NCBI GenBank assembly: GCA_051294905.1
Contig: CM119371.1
Coordinates: forward strand, 6,512,001 to 6,576,000
Length of the DNA stretch: 64,000 bases
Source: Botryllus schlosseri
Taxonomy: Eukaryota
Direction of reading: 5' to 3'
In this document: positions 38,427 to 51,119 of the stretch, in pieces
How positions within the stretch are numbered: position 1 is the first letter of the stretch
How the letters are laid out: each line of letters starts with the position of its first letter
The notes under the pieces: generated by a model
Databases searched by the model: none
The model's input: only the letters and a program-made list of their open reading frames with translations
What the model was told of the DNA's origin: nothing
Made by a program: the position numbers and the translations under genes

Positions 38427-39598
38427 GCGCCTTCAAGTATGAAATAATTCATCGCCCGGGTACTGAGAATGTTGTTCCTGATACATTTTCTCGTGTCTGC
38501 TGCTCGTTGCCAAATTCTGGCTTGTCTCTCCATCAGGTGCACGAAGCTCTTGCTCATCCCGGAGTACGACGGTTGAACCATTTTATTAGAGCGAAAAACT
38601 TGCCATTCTCTGTAGATGAAGTCCGAAAGATCTGCGCTAACTGCAGAATATGCTCCGAAATCAAACCGCGATTCTATAAATCCAATGTCCATCACCGTCT
38701 CATTAAATCGACTAGACCGTGGGAGAGAATAAGTATTGATTTCAAAGGCCCTGTTGAAGGACCTCGAAAGTATCTGCTCGTAATTATTGACGAATACAGC
38801 AGATTTCCATTTGCGTATCCATGCCGAGATATGACATCAGCTACCGTTGTTAATTGTCTCACTGATTTGTTTTCCTTGTTCGGTCTGCCCGAATATGTTC
38901 ACAGCGATCGTTCAAACTCGTTCTTATCGAAGGAAGTAACGACGTTTCTTACCCGTAAAGGCATAGCAACGAGCAAAACTACTCCGTACCATCCCACTGG
39001 AAACTCTCAATGTGAGCGTTTGAATCAAACGCTCTGGAGATCAGTAAGAATGCTCTTAGCCTCACGAAAATTGCCTGAAAGTTCATGGGAAGCTGTGTTG
39101 CCTGATGCCCTTCACTCTATCCGTTCGCTTCTGTGTACTACTACTAATTCGTGTCCGCACGACAGATTTTTCAATTTCAGTAGGAGAAGTATGATGGGGG
39201 AATCGGTTCCAGATTGGATACTCCAAGGAGGCTCCGTGTTGCTGAGGAACTTCGCAAGGAGAAGTAAAAGTGATCCGCTCGGAATCGAAGTCGATTTGCT
39301 CGAAGCTAACTCCAAATATGCCTTGATCCGGCATCCATCTGGAGTGGAATCGACCGTCTCAGTCAAGGACCTCGCACCTTATCCGCCTACTACTGAGCCC
39401 TACCCAGTCGATGATGGGGCTGCCGAACCGGACCGTGCAGTGGCCGACGATTCGTTTCTGGTTGAACCTACGGTTGACGTTGGCAACAAACAAGATTCTT
39501 CAGAAACTTTGCAAGAAGTTGTCGCTGATCCTCCGCCCTTGAGAAGATCAACTAGAATCAAACGCGCGCCTGAACGATATGGACAATCCTCTTTATAA
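38273..39598 (+). CDS. Pol, second part (RNase H end and integrase), out of frame by a 2-bp insertion
   Basis: AIIEAIRKW...TDQKAL (RNase H); HEALAHPG...CANCRIC (HHCC); DFKG/HSDRSNSF/NSQCER (DDE core). Confidence 0.9.
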   Translation, partial: AIIEAIRKWGYLLHRNKFRLVTDQKALSFIFSKTHASKIKNAKLSVWKLELSAFKYEIIHRPGTENVVPDTFSRVCCSLPNSGLSLHQVHEALAHPGVRRLNHFIRAKNLPFSVDEVRKICANCRICSEIKPRFYKSNVHHRLIKSTRPWERISIDFKGPVEGPRKYLLVIIDEYSRFPFAYPCRDMTSATVVNCLTDLFSLFGLPEYVHSDRSNSFLSKEVTTFLTRKGIATSKTTPYHPTGNSQCERLNQTLWRSVRMLLASRKLPESSWEAVLPDALHSIRSLLCTTTNSCPHDRFFNFSRRSMMGESVPDWILQGGSVLLRNFARRSKSDPLGIEVDLLEANSKYALIRHPSGVESTVSVKDLAPYPPTTEPYPVDDGAAEPDRAVADDSFLVEPTVDVGNKQDSSETLQEVVADPPPLRRSTRIKRAPERYGQSSL

Positions 39599-39626
39599 TT
39601 ACTTTGCTTTTGTTAGTGGGGGAGAT

Positions 39627-39862
39627 TGTGGTGTATCAGTCCCTTTTGACCACTAGTGGGTGTTTATACTGATTGCTCCTGATTACCTTCACGTCGGGAC
39701 TATTCATTTCATTCGTACCAGTTGGGTGTGGCGTCGCTTCTGTTAGTTGTACCTACGTTAACTCTGTATTATTGCCATGTTGTATTCAGATACACTAGCT
39801 TACTTTTATGTTAATAAAAGCCTAGGAACCGATCGTATTGAGTTCTATCGAAGGGTACAACA
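39627..39862 (+). repeat. 3' LTR
   Basis: Identical to the 5' LTR except CTGTC->CTGTT; preceded by the PPT. Confidence 0.98.
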
Positions 39863-40713
39863 ACTATCATTAGACGAAATTCCAATAGTGTGGTTACTTT
39901 ACTGTTATTCGAAATTTCAATGAAATATCAGTTTCGGCCGTCTGAGTCCCGAGTCATATGACTTGATCATGGAACTGACGAGTAAAGCATACACAACATA
40001 ACAGTAAAACACATCAAGTTTTATTTTAAATCACTGTTGTAGTAAAGTTTCATATAGTGTGGAATGTCATGAATAAACTTGAAATGAACTGAATGTATTC
40101 AATTGTTATATACTTCAGTTTGCTACTACTTGTACTGTATTTGTATATAAGTAGACAAGATTGAGCTTTTTAGCCTGCCTACCCATTTACTGAACTTAAA
40201 ATGACGTCCCACTTCAGTGCACGGAAGTCAAACAGATTGTGTAGCAACACAATGCAATGTGTGACCTCATAATGCAATGTGTAACCTCATAGAGGTCTAT
40301 GACTGTAATGTTATGTAGGCTAACCATACAGTTTGCCTTCGTTCAATCAGAAATTGCCTTGCTTTCCTAGTGATTAACTGCTTCACCGCTTAAATTGGCA
40401 ATTTTTATTTAAAGTATACAACAATATGACTTTATAGCTCCAATATGACCTAACCTGGAAAATATGACTTTATAACTTATACCCCATGGCCATAGGGATG
40501 CGGTTTTTGCTAACTTGATTTTATGACTTACTGATGCATAGAAAAAAATATGACTTTAATGACTTTAAATGGCCCTAATGATAACCCTAAATAATGACTA
40601 TACATGGACCACCTCTGCTAAATTCTGCCATCAGAATACCTAAACCTGTAGGTGTGCAGAACTCACAAGGACACTTGAAAAAGTTACCGAATATTTCTCG
40701 AAGAATGATAAAT

Positions 40714-42342
40714 TTATTTAATCTGCAATTTCACTACAGTAGAGCCAAAAATGCGAAACATTTCATCACCCTCCGAATTCTTGTACCATTTGTCATTCAA
40801 TATATCGTACTTTTCAGTATCATAAGTGTAACTGTGATATTGTTTTAGTATAAAAATCCAGTTGCCAACATGATAAGCATTGATCCAGTTGTGACAACTA
40901 TTCATGGACGAAAGTGAAGTCCATTGAGCCGAAGCCGCGTCGTAGCATTCGACTAGTGCAAGCGGCTGTCCATTTCTCAAACCGCCCATAACAATTATCT
41001 TTTGTTCAACTGTCACAACCCCACTCCCACAAACGGGATAACTCATCGGCTGCAATTCGACCCATTCTGAAGTTAACGGTGTAAATCTGCAGAAGGTCGA
41101 GACTTCACCGTCGTGCTTTCTGCCGCCGATACAATACACTGAATCATTCAACATTACCAGACTAGCATCGCTAATTTTTGACGGTCTGTCGTCTAGTCTG
41201 AGCCATCGATTAATAGAGGGGTTGAACACCTCTACCGCATCTGAAGGCTCCGGGTAGCTACCGCCGATAACAAATATTGATCCCGACGAGGAAACTGCGG
41301 GGGGATACCATCCATGGTTGTGAATCATATTACCCATCTTTTGCCATTTTGATTTTTTATCGTTAAAATACAGTCGATGCACAGATTGATCCTGAGACAG
41401 AGCATAAATGAACGGGTCGAGGTATACAGTAGTGAAAACTTTCAGGTGTTTGAACTTCTCGCCGTGGAACGGCGTTGCTTTGTTAGTTATCGGATCGAAG
41501 GCTCGGATACAGTCGTTGTCGTGATCGAAAACAATGATCGTCTTTTCGTTTAATGCTCTGATGGAATTTTCGTAAGCCTCGATGATGTAACCGTTAATCA
41601 GCTTGTACAGAAAAACATCGTTACTGATCATGGGCTGTGTTTCAAGAAGACGTTTCAAAACTGGTATAGAGATTTCGCTCAACTTGATTATTTCAAGACA
41701 CTTTTGAAAGGTGTTCTTTTTATTCGGATTATTTTCTAGCCACTGCAGCGATATAGTCAACTTTTCTTCTTCGTTCAACTTCAAGACTTTGAGGCGCAAA
41801 AACCCAAGTAGATCTGTTTTTGATATATTCCCAAATTCGGGCTGTTTTGCGATTTCAATGATGTTCTCTTTAAAATATTTTTCGCACTTTGACGAAACTT
41901 TTTTAAGTCCATACATTTCGGCAATATTCCTGGTGGAAAAGTAATTCTCCGCAGATATTGATTCTGCTAAAATATTGGATATGGCGTGTTTTATATCGTC
42001 CAGCTGCATCATGACCGCAACATGAAGGAGGTCTTGAATCTTTTTTCGCGGTATATCGAATTTACCGGAATATACGAAATCAATGCAGCTTTTTACACAC
42101 TCGGAGTCAACATCTTTGAAAACTATTCTTCCTTCGCGACGTTCTTTCGTGTCGTGCTTCAGCATCGCTCTGAAATACTCGGAACCTGCCGACATTATAT
42201 CTTTGTGGGCGTGATACACGTCGTCCTGAACCTCAATTATGAAATCGCAGTGATCGTTGTCTTCTTTCATTCGGTATAACTCCGACAAAATCTTAATCGC
42301 ATGCTTCTCCGCGTCTAAACATACATTCCGCAACATAGCCAT
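40714..42342 (-). CDS. Kelch-like protein (BTB-BACK-Kelch), 542 aa, intronless CDS
   Basis: Close paralog of 31406-33007 (shared SAGSEYFRAMLKHDTKE.REGR.VF.DVDS.CVKSCIDF); Kelch GG/Y/W repeats; TTTTTACAG acceptor at ~42378 upstream of the ATG. Confidence 0.95.
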   Translation of the reverse strand: MAMLRNVCLDAEKHAIKILSELYRMKEDNDHCDFIIEVQDDVYHAHKDIMSAGSEYFRAMLKHDTKERREGRIVFKDVDSECVKSCIDFVYSGKFDIPRKKIQDLLHVAVMMQLDDIKHAISNILAESISAENYFSTRNIAEMYGLKKVSSKCEKYFKENIIEIAKQPEFGNISKTDLLGFLRLKVLKLNEEEKLTISLQWLENNPNKKNTFQKCLEIIKLSEISIPVLKRLLETQPMISNDVFLYKLINGYIIEAYENSIRALNEKTIIVFDHDNDCIRAFDPITNKATPFHGEKFKHLKVFTTVYLDPFIYALSQDQSVHRLYFNDKKSKWQKMGNMIHNHGWYPPAVSSSGSIFVIGGSYPEPSDAVEVFNPSINRWLRLDDRPSKISDASLVMLNDSVYCIGGRKHDGEVSTFCRFTPLTSEWVELQPMSYPVCGSGVVTVEQKIIVMGGLRNGQPLALVECYDAASAQWTSLSSMNSCHNWINAYHVGNWIFILKQYHSYTYDTEKYDILNDKWYKNSEGDEMFRIFGSTVVKLQIK

Positions 42343-44748
42343 ATTAATATCCGGAGTTGAATGAGTAAATAATATTCCTGTAAAAATAAAAACAATTAAA
42401 GTTTATTAACCGATTGGCACCGGCTGCCATTTTCGAAAAATTTTACTTCATTTTTCAAAATCGAAAAATGGTACCTTCCTGGGATTCGAATACTGTAAAC
42501 AAGGTACCGTTCGATTCAAAATGATAACGCGCAGCCGATTGCGCCACTCAAATCGACACTAACGGTGTGTCTGATTACGTATATCAAGATCAAGCCGAGT
42601 AAACGTTGGTTGGAAACAGAAATGCTAAATTGTGGACCGTATGAACCTTAGTATAGGTATTCGATGACGATATAGAGTGTTATGTATTGTATAGGCACAG
42701 TATTCATCTTTCTAGAGAGCCCTGAGTCGACACTCTACGTCTAGCTGGCGATCATTTCTAATCAAAACACCGACCGTTTTAGTCAACTCGCGGCAGGCCG
42801 CCGAGAGAGTGAGTCATGGCGAGTGATGCGCGTATGGTAACTTCGAAGGCTTATAACTGAAACTGTTGTGAACCTAAATCAGTCATTTTCGTATTCTTAG
42901 ACGGAGATTATTATACATTCCTTACCACAATGATATACTGCAAATGCTTATCATTACTGCGACGTAAATTTTATGATGTTATTTTGGTAGCACTTGCGTC
43001 AAATATATACAACATATTGCGGGTAATGCACACCGAGTAGTATTGCAGTTATTACGATGTATACATGACTAATAACTGTTGTCCAATGTAGATATAATCT
43101 TATGGGCATGTACCCTTCACAGAAACAATCTAAGAATGTCTATTACATACAGAATTCAGGACATATCACTTTATGTTATGGATATTCGTCCCTGCGTTTG
43201 ACACTACCGTGGTAGTCTGCAGCAATTCTCTTCGCGATTTTCAGAAGCGGCCTTGGGGTGACTTAGGCATAACTAATGTTGTTTACTTAGGGCTTGTAGG
43301 TGGAGATTGACTAGTTTTATTGAAAGAGACAAACCGCCAATGCTTATCATTACTACCTACAATGTAAGATATATAACGATGTACGACAGCTCTTTGTATA
43401 TCCAGATGTACGCTTTTGCGTAGGTATAATCGCCGAGTAATATTGTGCATATCCCGAATTATACTTGACCCTTAGCCGTTATTTAGAATCATATAGTCAA
43501 CAGCAATCCACAGACAAAATCTATGAAGGTCTATGGCTATTAGAACACGATATATATCACGTTATGTGACAGGTATTCATGTTCATCCATCTGCTTGAAG
43601 CTGGTACAGTAGTCTGCAAGAATTTGATTACCGATTTTCAAATGCAACCTGGAGCGGTGTGGAACTAACTAGTATAGTTGTTTTAGAAAAAAAAATACAG
43701 AAGCTGACAATCCCTATTCATAGCAACAAACTACAGCCGGTTATGATGAATAAAACCAAATGTATACGACAGTGTATATGACGGGTATGAGGAACGCGCG
43801 TCTGCGAAATTATGCTTCGGCGGATATTGTTGCCACTTGTCACGCGACCTATCACATAGCTTTTGAACAGCTTATATGTAACTAATATCAGATATGAAGA
43901 TATGTGTGGACTTGTATGGACACTAGCTTTTCACAGAAAAAAACAACTATGCTCTAAGACGGCTAGAACAAAACATACAGTACATTATGTGAGAGTGGTC
44001 AATGACGCACGCGTTGCCGAAGCAGTGTATTTTGCAACATATTTACCTACGGTCTTTGTTATCCTGTTTCGACGTCTTAGATATAAAATATATCAAATAT
44101 TATGGTATCAATGAACTTGCACAAACAATATCTATCCGCAGAAATAAACGGCAACGAACCTGCACGATTAGAACGGGATATATAGTGGTTCTAATACAGT
44201 ACGTTTCCCTCTAACGGCAATGGGTAAAAATACCCACGCCGGCGCCAAACGGTTAAAGACTCGCTCGATAAAACTACAGTATCTTCATCAAAAATTCAGA
44301 AAAATTTCATGAGAAACACACTATTACAATCAAAGATATTTTTAGTTCCCGTGGATCAGGGGTCGGCAACCTTCAGCATGTAAAGAGCAATTTCAACATA
44401 TTTGGAATCTTGTTAGACCAAGCAGGATTATCAAACACTGTTTCAGTTTCTGCATTCAATTATTTCGAATGATGGTTATTGGTTACCCAGAGCATATATT
44501 GAAAAGCTCCAATTCAAGCGCTATCAAATGATAGGACAATGCTCTCAAGAGTAGGAACAGGCAAAAATTCATCACACCAATTAAATATTGATTAAATCGA
44601 CAGTTAATTGCTGTTCTTACTTATGCTGCATGCGGTGCATACAACCAAACTGCTCTTGCGGTTTCACCGAACTCTCAAAAGGGTGCACTATCTGACTTTT
44701 ATAGTCATGCAGGTAACGTTCACGTATTAAATACTGTAGCGTTAAATG

Positions 44749-45986
44749 CAGGGCTTTGGAGCCGGAGCCGTGCATTTTCACCGGAGCTGGAGCCGGAGCT
44801 CTACAAAAAATTCAGCAGGAGCTGGAGCTGGAGCCCGTTATTTGAGGAGTAGCTCCGGCTCCGACGTATTTCATAAGATGCTATTATAGCCTATATGCAA
44901 CAACCACATCTGCTCATTTATCATAATTGAACAGCAGGCCTCAATTTTAATGCTGTGCACAGCAATGGCATTAACGTGCGTTCTAGTGCAACTATGATGT
45001 TAGGGTTAGCGATAATTGACAAGTATTCATTATGACGTTACAAGCCGGCACGGCGGCACCTATGTCTTCGTTGCTACATCGAATATTACTGACGGCTGAC
45101 AGACTCTAGATTACTATAGATAACTAACCTGTGGGTAGATTAGTAATCTATACAGACCAGGAATGGCCAACATTTTCGGCTAAAGGGGCACATGCAATTG
45201 ACGAACGAGTGCGCGGTCCACTAGCCGCGCCGAACGGGTAAAATTTTCCAAGTTTATAAGTAAACTAGGTCAATAATATTATTACTTGAGTATATTGCGG
45301 GTCTACTGCATACCGCCCGCTAGGCTCAGTTTGCAAGGACACGACTATTCGGCGTCTGGCCACATCGATATCGAAGGTCTCCGATAATATGCGACAATCA
45401 TTTTGTGCCGACATTTCACCATCGACGATCTTTATGAGAGCGCAAACGCGAAAAGACTTTCTCCCATAATTGCGAATACAGTTAGACTCAATCGGGTAAA
45501 TTAGGCGTTTTTTATCCATTTTCAGTACGGGGTAGGCTACCAAGCGAGAAATCGTGTGACAATTAAACACGCGAAGCGCGAAGAAAAATTTCACTACTAT
45601 TTTAGTTTATTGTAATGTACGACGATTTAAAAATATGACTGGACCCTGGATCTGCCAATGCGTCGGAACTGATATTTTAGTCATCAACATCCCAAGTGTC
45701 GCAGCCAGACTTGTAATTTTTGGTTGGCATTGCAAGTTCACAATCTGAGCAATTCATTTTCGATCATATAATGGGAAATGACCTCGCGGGTCAGGCTAAA
45801 CCCGGCGGGTTGGCAATTCTGATATAGACAGGCCCATTCGATAATTTCAGAGCTGGAGCCGGAGCTGGAGCCGGAGCTGTGGTGATAATGCGGCTCCGGA
45901 GCTGGAGCCGGAGCTAATGTATGATAGAAGAAAGCTCCGGAGCCGGAGCTGGAGCAGTTTAAATTTACGGCTGCTCCGAAGCCCTG
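44749..45986 (+). mobile_element. Complete hAT-like non-autonomous element (1238 bp)
   Basis: TIRs CAGGGCTTTGGAGC / GCTCCGAAGCCCTG; perfect 8-bp TSD GTTAAATG; GGAGCC/GGAGCT subterminal repeats. Confidence 0.93.
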
Positions 45987-48401
45987 GTTAAATGACCGAG
46001 GTCCATAAATCCCATCAGAATGATGTCAACACATACACGGTAGTTCTGGACGAATAACTTGAGAAATTATTTTTACAGTTCCTGAAATTGGCATCCCAAG
46101 GCACTTGCTGACTTGCCCCCTGCCTAATAAAGCAGTAACAAAACACAGAAGCAAAATTTGAATTCTGCTGCACAAGCTACTGGTAAAGGTAACACTGCAA
46201 AGTAACCTTGTGGTCCAAAATAATTCCATCTTACTTCTTCACAATCGACAACATTGTCACAAGGTAGGCTATATGCCACACAACACTGGAAGGCTACCTG
46301 TTTCACGCTATTTATCGTAGAAAGAGGCAATTCCCTCCTACCTCGAAACCGGAATGGAATTGGTGGCAATGTCACGCAGGATTTTCTGTTTATTTGCTTA
46401 ATTATTCTATACAGAAAAGCTCTCATCACGCAGGATTTATTTAAAAAAATGAACCGAGATTCCATATAGGCCTCGAAACACACAGGCGTACAATTTACTG
46501 GTACAAGATACTCTCCCGATAACTTCGTTAGTCTGGCAGATTGAAAATTGCGGCCCACGGGGGGGGCATCCCTAAAAGACGGAGAAGCGGAGGCAGCGGA
46601 GACAGCGGAGGCAGCGGAGAATGGACCCTAAAACGCGGAAACAGCGGAGACAGCGGAAAGAGCCAAAAATGCCGATTCCTAAAAGACGGAGATAGCGGAG
46701 ACCGGAGCTTTCGGTCATTGACCTTTATAGACACGCGCGACATAGCGGACGGATACTGGAAGCGGAGTTCGGGACCCCGCGAAATGGACATAGCGGACGG
46801 TTATATAATATAGAAAGCGGAGATCAGGGCGTATCGGAAGATGTTTCGAAGCAGTGGAGAATAACGGAGAAGTCAGCCATGCGAGTTCAAGGCCAATTTG
46901 GCGACTGATTGCCCGTCGATGAGATGACATAGCGGACGGATCCTGAAAGCGGAGTTCGGGGCCCCGCGATATAGACATGGCGGACGGTTATATGATATAG
47001 AAAGCGGAGATCAGGACGTATCGGAAGATGTTGCGAAGCAGTGGAGAATAACGGAGAAGTCAGCCATGCAAGTTCAAGGCCAATTGGGCGACTGATTGCC
47101 CGTCGATGAGATGACATAGCGGGCGGTTATATAATACAAGGAAAGCGGAGTTCGGGTCGTATCGGAAGATGTTTCGAAGCAGTGGAGAATAACGGAGAAG
47201 TCAGCCATGCGAGTTCAAGGCCAATTTGGCGACTGATTGCCCGTCGATGAGATGACATAGCGGACGGATACTGAAAGCGGAGTTCGGGGCCCCGCGAAAT
47301 AGACATAGAGGACGGTTATATAATATAGAAAGCGGAGATCAGGGCGTATCGGAAGATGTTTCGAAGCAGTGGAGAATAACGGAGAAGTCAGCCATGCGAG
47401 TTCAAGGCCAATTTGGCGACTGATTGCCCGTCGATGAGATGACATAGCGGACGGATACTGAAAGCGGAGTTCGGGGCCCCGCGAAAAAGACATAGAGGAC
47501 GGTTATATAATATAGAAAGCGGAGATCAGGGCGTATCGGAAGATGTTTCGAAGCAGTGGAGAATAACGGAGAAGTCAGCCATGCGAGTTCAAGGCCAATT
47601 TGGCGACTGATTGCCCGTCGATGAGATGACATAGCGGACGGATACTGAAAGCGGAGTTCGGGGCGTAGCGAAATATATTTCGAAACAGCAGAGAATAACG
47701 GAGAAGTCAGCCATGCGAGTTTCAGGCCAATTCGGTGATTTGCTTGCCCTATCGATGAGATGACAGCGGACGCGTTTCGTATGACAATTTAACTGATGAT
47801 AGTTGTGGAATATTACTGAACTACTTTCTACTTTACAAAAACCGAATTGCAAATGTAATTAGTTCATCCAGAATGCTGTTCAGGTAGAATTTGAAGTAAT
47901 TGCGAAACATTACCACTTCAGTAAGTACGGGAAATAGCCCAAATCTACTTGATTACCCCGAAAAAGTAGAAATATTCAACATATATAATATCCGAACAAC
48001 GTGATGTGATAAAGCAAAAATAACGTCAGATTCGTATTCAGCGCCCCCAAATTAGGTATAATTGACCCGAAGAAGTCCTGGCGCAAAAATTCTGTAGATC
48101 AGCGTTATTGGTGCTGCGGCGTGCGACGCCATCAAACCAGGAAATTGGCCCGTGAGCACATTCTAGTTTGAGACCTCTGCACTAGTGACTATAATGCGAA
48201 CTCTGTAACAACTTGCTATGAACCCAATATCGGGGCATTTTGCCTGGCCTTAACAATCCACCTTTGCTCGACTCGATCTTCTCCTTATTTGCTAACACAT
48301 GTCACTTCATTAACGAAATATCTTTTACAAATTATATACAGATGTTACCAAAATGAAACGAAGAAAATATATACAGTCATGATAAAAGGTTAAATAAAAG
48401 T

Positions 48402-48671
48402 TCACGGCTGAATTTTAGCAGCTAAGCAGTTTTTGCGGTAGCAAATGAAGTATGTCATCTCATCAGCCTTTTCATCGACTGGGCAGGACTTGGGGAACCA
48501 TCTTCGACATTTCACACACATTATCTGCTGATCTTGGTCTTTACTACCTTTACATAAGCTGCTGTCGCAATTATCCCATTTCGATTTATTCATGACACCA
48601 ATGGCAGATGAGGAATCGGCTAGCTCTGCATATGTAATATCACTTTCTGATATTGCATTCCAATCATCCAT
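48402..48671 (-). pseudogene. C-terminal PHD-finger-like fragment in the centre of foldback 2
   Basis: CDSSLC-x-IMCVKCRRWFPKSC-x-FICYRKNC follows C4HC3 spacing with the His replaced by Pro; the ATG overlaps the repeat arm, implying an internal deletion. Confidence 0.65.
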
Positions 48672-49609
48672 GGCTGACTTCTCCGTTATTCTCCGCTGCT
48701 TCGAAACATCTTCCGATACGCCCCGAATTCCGCTTTCCTTGTATTATATAATCGCCCGCTATGTCATCTCATCGACGGGCAATCAGTCGCCCAATTGGCC
48801 TTGAACTTGCATGACTGAGTTCTCCGTTATTCTCCACTGCTTCGAAACATCTTCCAATACGCCCCGAACTCCGCTTTCCTTGTATTATATAACCGCCCGC
48901 TATGTCATCTCATCGACGGGCAATCAGTCGCCAAATTGGCCTTGAACTCGCATGGCTGACTTCTCCGTTATTCTCCACTGCTTCGAAACATCTTCCGATA
49001 CGCCCTGATCTCCGCTTTCTATAGTATATAACCGTCCGCTACGTCTATTTCGCGGGGCCCCGAACTCCGCTTTCAGTATCCGTCCGCTATGTCATCTCAT
49101 CGACGGGCAATCAGTCGCCCAAATTGGCCTTGAACTTGCATGGCTGACTTCTCCGTTATTCTCCACTGCTTCGAAACATCTTCCGATACGCCCCGAACTC
49201 CGCTTTCCTTGTATGATATAACCGCCCGCTATGTCATCTCATCGACGGGCAATCAGTCGCCCAAATTGGCCTTGAACTCGCATGGCTGACTTCTCCGTTA
49301 TTCTCCACTGCTTCGAAACATCTTCCGATACGCCCTGATCTCCGCTTTCTATATTATATAACCGTCCGCTATGTCTATTTCGCGGGGCCCCGAACTCCGC
49401 TTTCAGTATCCGTCCGCTATGTCATCTCATCGACGGGCAATCAGTCGCCAAATTGGCCTTGAACTCGCATCGCTGACTTCTCCGTTATTCTCCACTGCTT
49501 CGAAACATCTTCCGATACGCCCTGATCTCCGCTTTCTATATTATATAACCGTCCGCTATGTCTATTTCGCGGGGCCCCGAACTCCGCTTTCAGTATCCGT
49601 CCGCTATGT

Positions 49610-50060
49610 TAGGCTTACAATACGTCCTCTTTTAAGAGGATTTGTCCTCTTTTTTGACTTTTTTTAAAGTGTCCTCGGAGGACGCCCTTTTGTCCTCTTT
49701 TTTGAGATTTTGTCCTGTTTTTTGAAAATTTAGGTCAGATTTAGAGCAAATTGCGAGTGATATGCCGCAAATTAGCACAGAAGTGACGGTCCGGCGGATA
49801 TTTCGGAGTGAAAAACGGTGAATTTAGCTCTGAGCGAAAAGATGACCTTTTTTTTTTTTTTTTTAGTCATCCACCTGGCAATGTGGACAAAAAACGTTAT
49901 TTTGAGCTCTGAGTGGAAGTGACGACCTTTTTTTTTCTTAGTCAACTGATCACGGAGTGGGAAAAATTTATCGGTTTTTGAGAATTCTTCTCCGGTTTTG
50001 CAAGCCTGAAATTTCTGAAAAAGTGTCCTTTTTTTACATTTTCAAAATATGGTATGCCTA
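49610..50060. mobile_element. hAT-like (Blackjack-type) MITE inserted in the right arm of foldback 2
   Basis: TAGGCTTACAATA...TATGGTATGCCTA; duplicated GCTATGT flanks; GTCCTCTTTT motifs; related fragment at ~1626-1850. Confidence 0.8.
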
Positions 50061-51119
50061 GCTATGTCATCTCATCGACGGGCAATCAGTCGCCAAATTG
50101 GCCTTGAAATCGCATGGCTGACTTCTCCGTTATTCTCCACTGCTTCGAAACATATTCCGATAGCGGAGCCGCTATGTCTATTTCGCGGGGCCCCGAACTC
50201 CGCTTTCAGTATCCGTCCGCTATGTCATCTCATCGACGGGCAATCAGTCGCCAAATTGGCATTGAACTTGCATGGCTGACTTCTCCGTTATTCTCCACTG
50301 CTTCGAAACATCTTCCGATACGTCCCGATCTCCGCTTTCCTTGTATTATATAACCGCCCGCTATGTCATCTCATCGACGGGCAATCAGTCGCCCAAATTG
50401 GCCTTGAACTCGCATGGCTGACTTCTCCGTTATTCTCCACTGCTTCGAAACATCTTCCGATGCGCCCCGAACTCCGCTTTCCTTGTATTATATAACCGCC
50501 CGCTATGGCATCTCATCGACGGGCAATCAGTCGCCAAATTGGCCTTGAACTCGCATGGCTGACTTCTCCGGTATTCTCCACTGCTTCGAAACATCTTCCG
50601 ATACGCCCTGATCTCCGCTTTCTATATTATATAACCGTCCGCTATGTCCATTTTGCGGGGTCCCGAACTCCGCTTTCAGTATCCGTCCGCTATGTCGCGC
50701 GTGTCTGTAAAGGTTAATGACCGAAAGCTCCGCTCTCCGCTAGTTCCGCTGTCTCCGTCTTTTAGGAATTGGCATTTTTGGCTCTCTCCGCCGTTTCGGT
50801 TGCTTCCGCGTTTTAGGGTCCGTTCTCCGCTGCCTCCGCTGTCTCCGCTGCCTCCGCTTCTCCGTCTTTTAGGGATGCCCCCCACGGGGCGTAAATGACC
50901 AATTTGCTGATCATCCCAGCTCAGCTGTGCTGACAAAATACCACAGCATTATTTATATTTAAATCACAACCCGTAGTAGTACGCAGCAGTAATGCCGTAT
51001 TGTAAACAACTCCCAATGGGTCCCGAAAGCACAGCAAACTGAGGCCCACATTTGGCGCTAGTGATCGCATAACATAACATAACATAACATTGTTGGGTTA
51101 TTATTTTTATCTGAACAAG

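Larger units (their letters stand above)
35585..39862 (+). mobile_element. Full-length Ty3/Gypsy LTR retrotransposon (4278 bp)
   Basis: Two 236-bp TG...CA LTRs differing at one base; 5-bp TSD ACTAT; PPT AGTGGGGGAGA; domain order gag-PR-RT-RH-IN. Confidence 0.98.
35248..39967. mobile_element. GACTCG-family hAT MITE split by the Gypsy insertion
   Basis: Starts CAGGGTTGTAACC at 35248; homology to 63548-63960 resumes after 39867. Confidence 0.8.
46563..50881. mobile_element. Foldback transposon 2 (~4.3 kb) with 187/140-bp tandem-repeat arms
   Basis: Termini GGGGCATCCCTAAAAGACGGAGAAGCGG / CCGCTTCTCCGTCTTTTAGGGATGCCCC; flanking direct repeat CCACGGGG (exact TSD length ambiguous because of G/C runs); arms ~46563-47770 and ~48668-50881 built of GCGGA-rich units. 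Confidence 0.92.

Noticed and set aside
1..45986. 1-1090 and 44749-45986 as ends of one giant inverted-repeat element
   Set aside because: The second copy has its own TIRs and 8-bp TSD, so these are independent insertions of one family.
46528..50936. Family of near-identical short ORFs (MSSHRRAISRQIGLELAW...)
   Set aside because: Translations of GC-rich tandem repeat units; no sign of real coding function.
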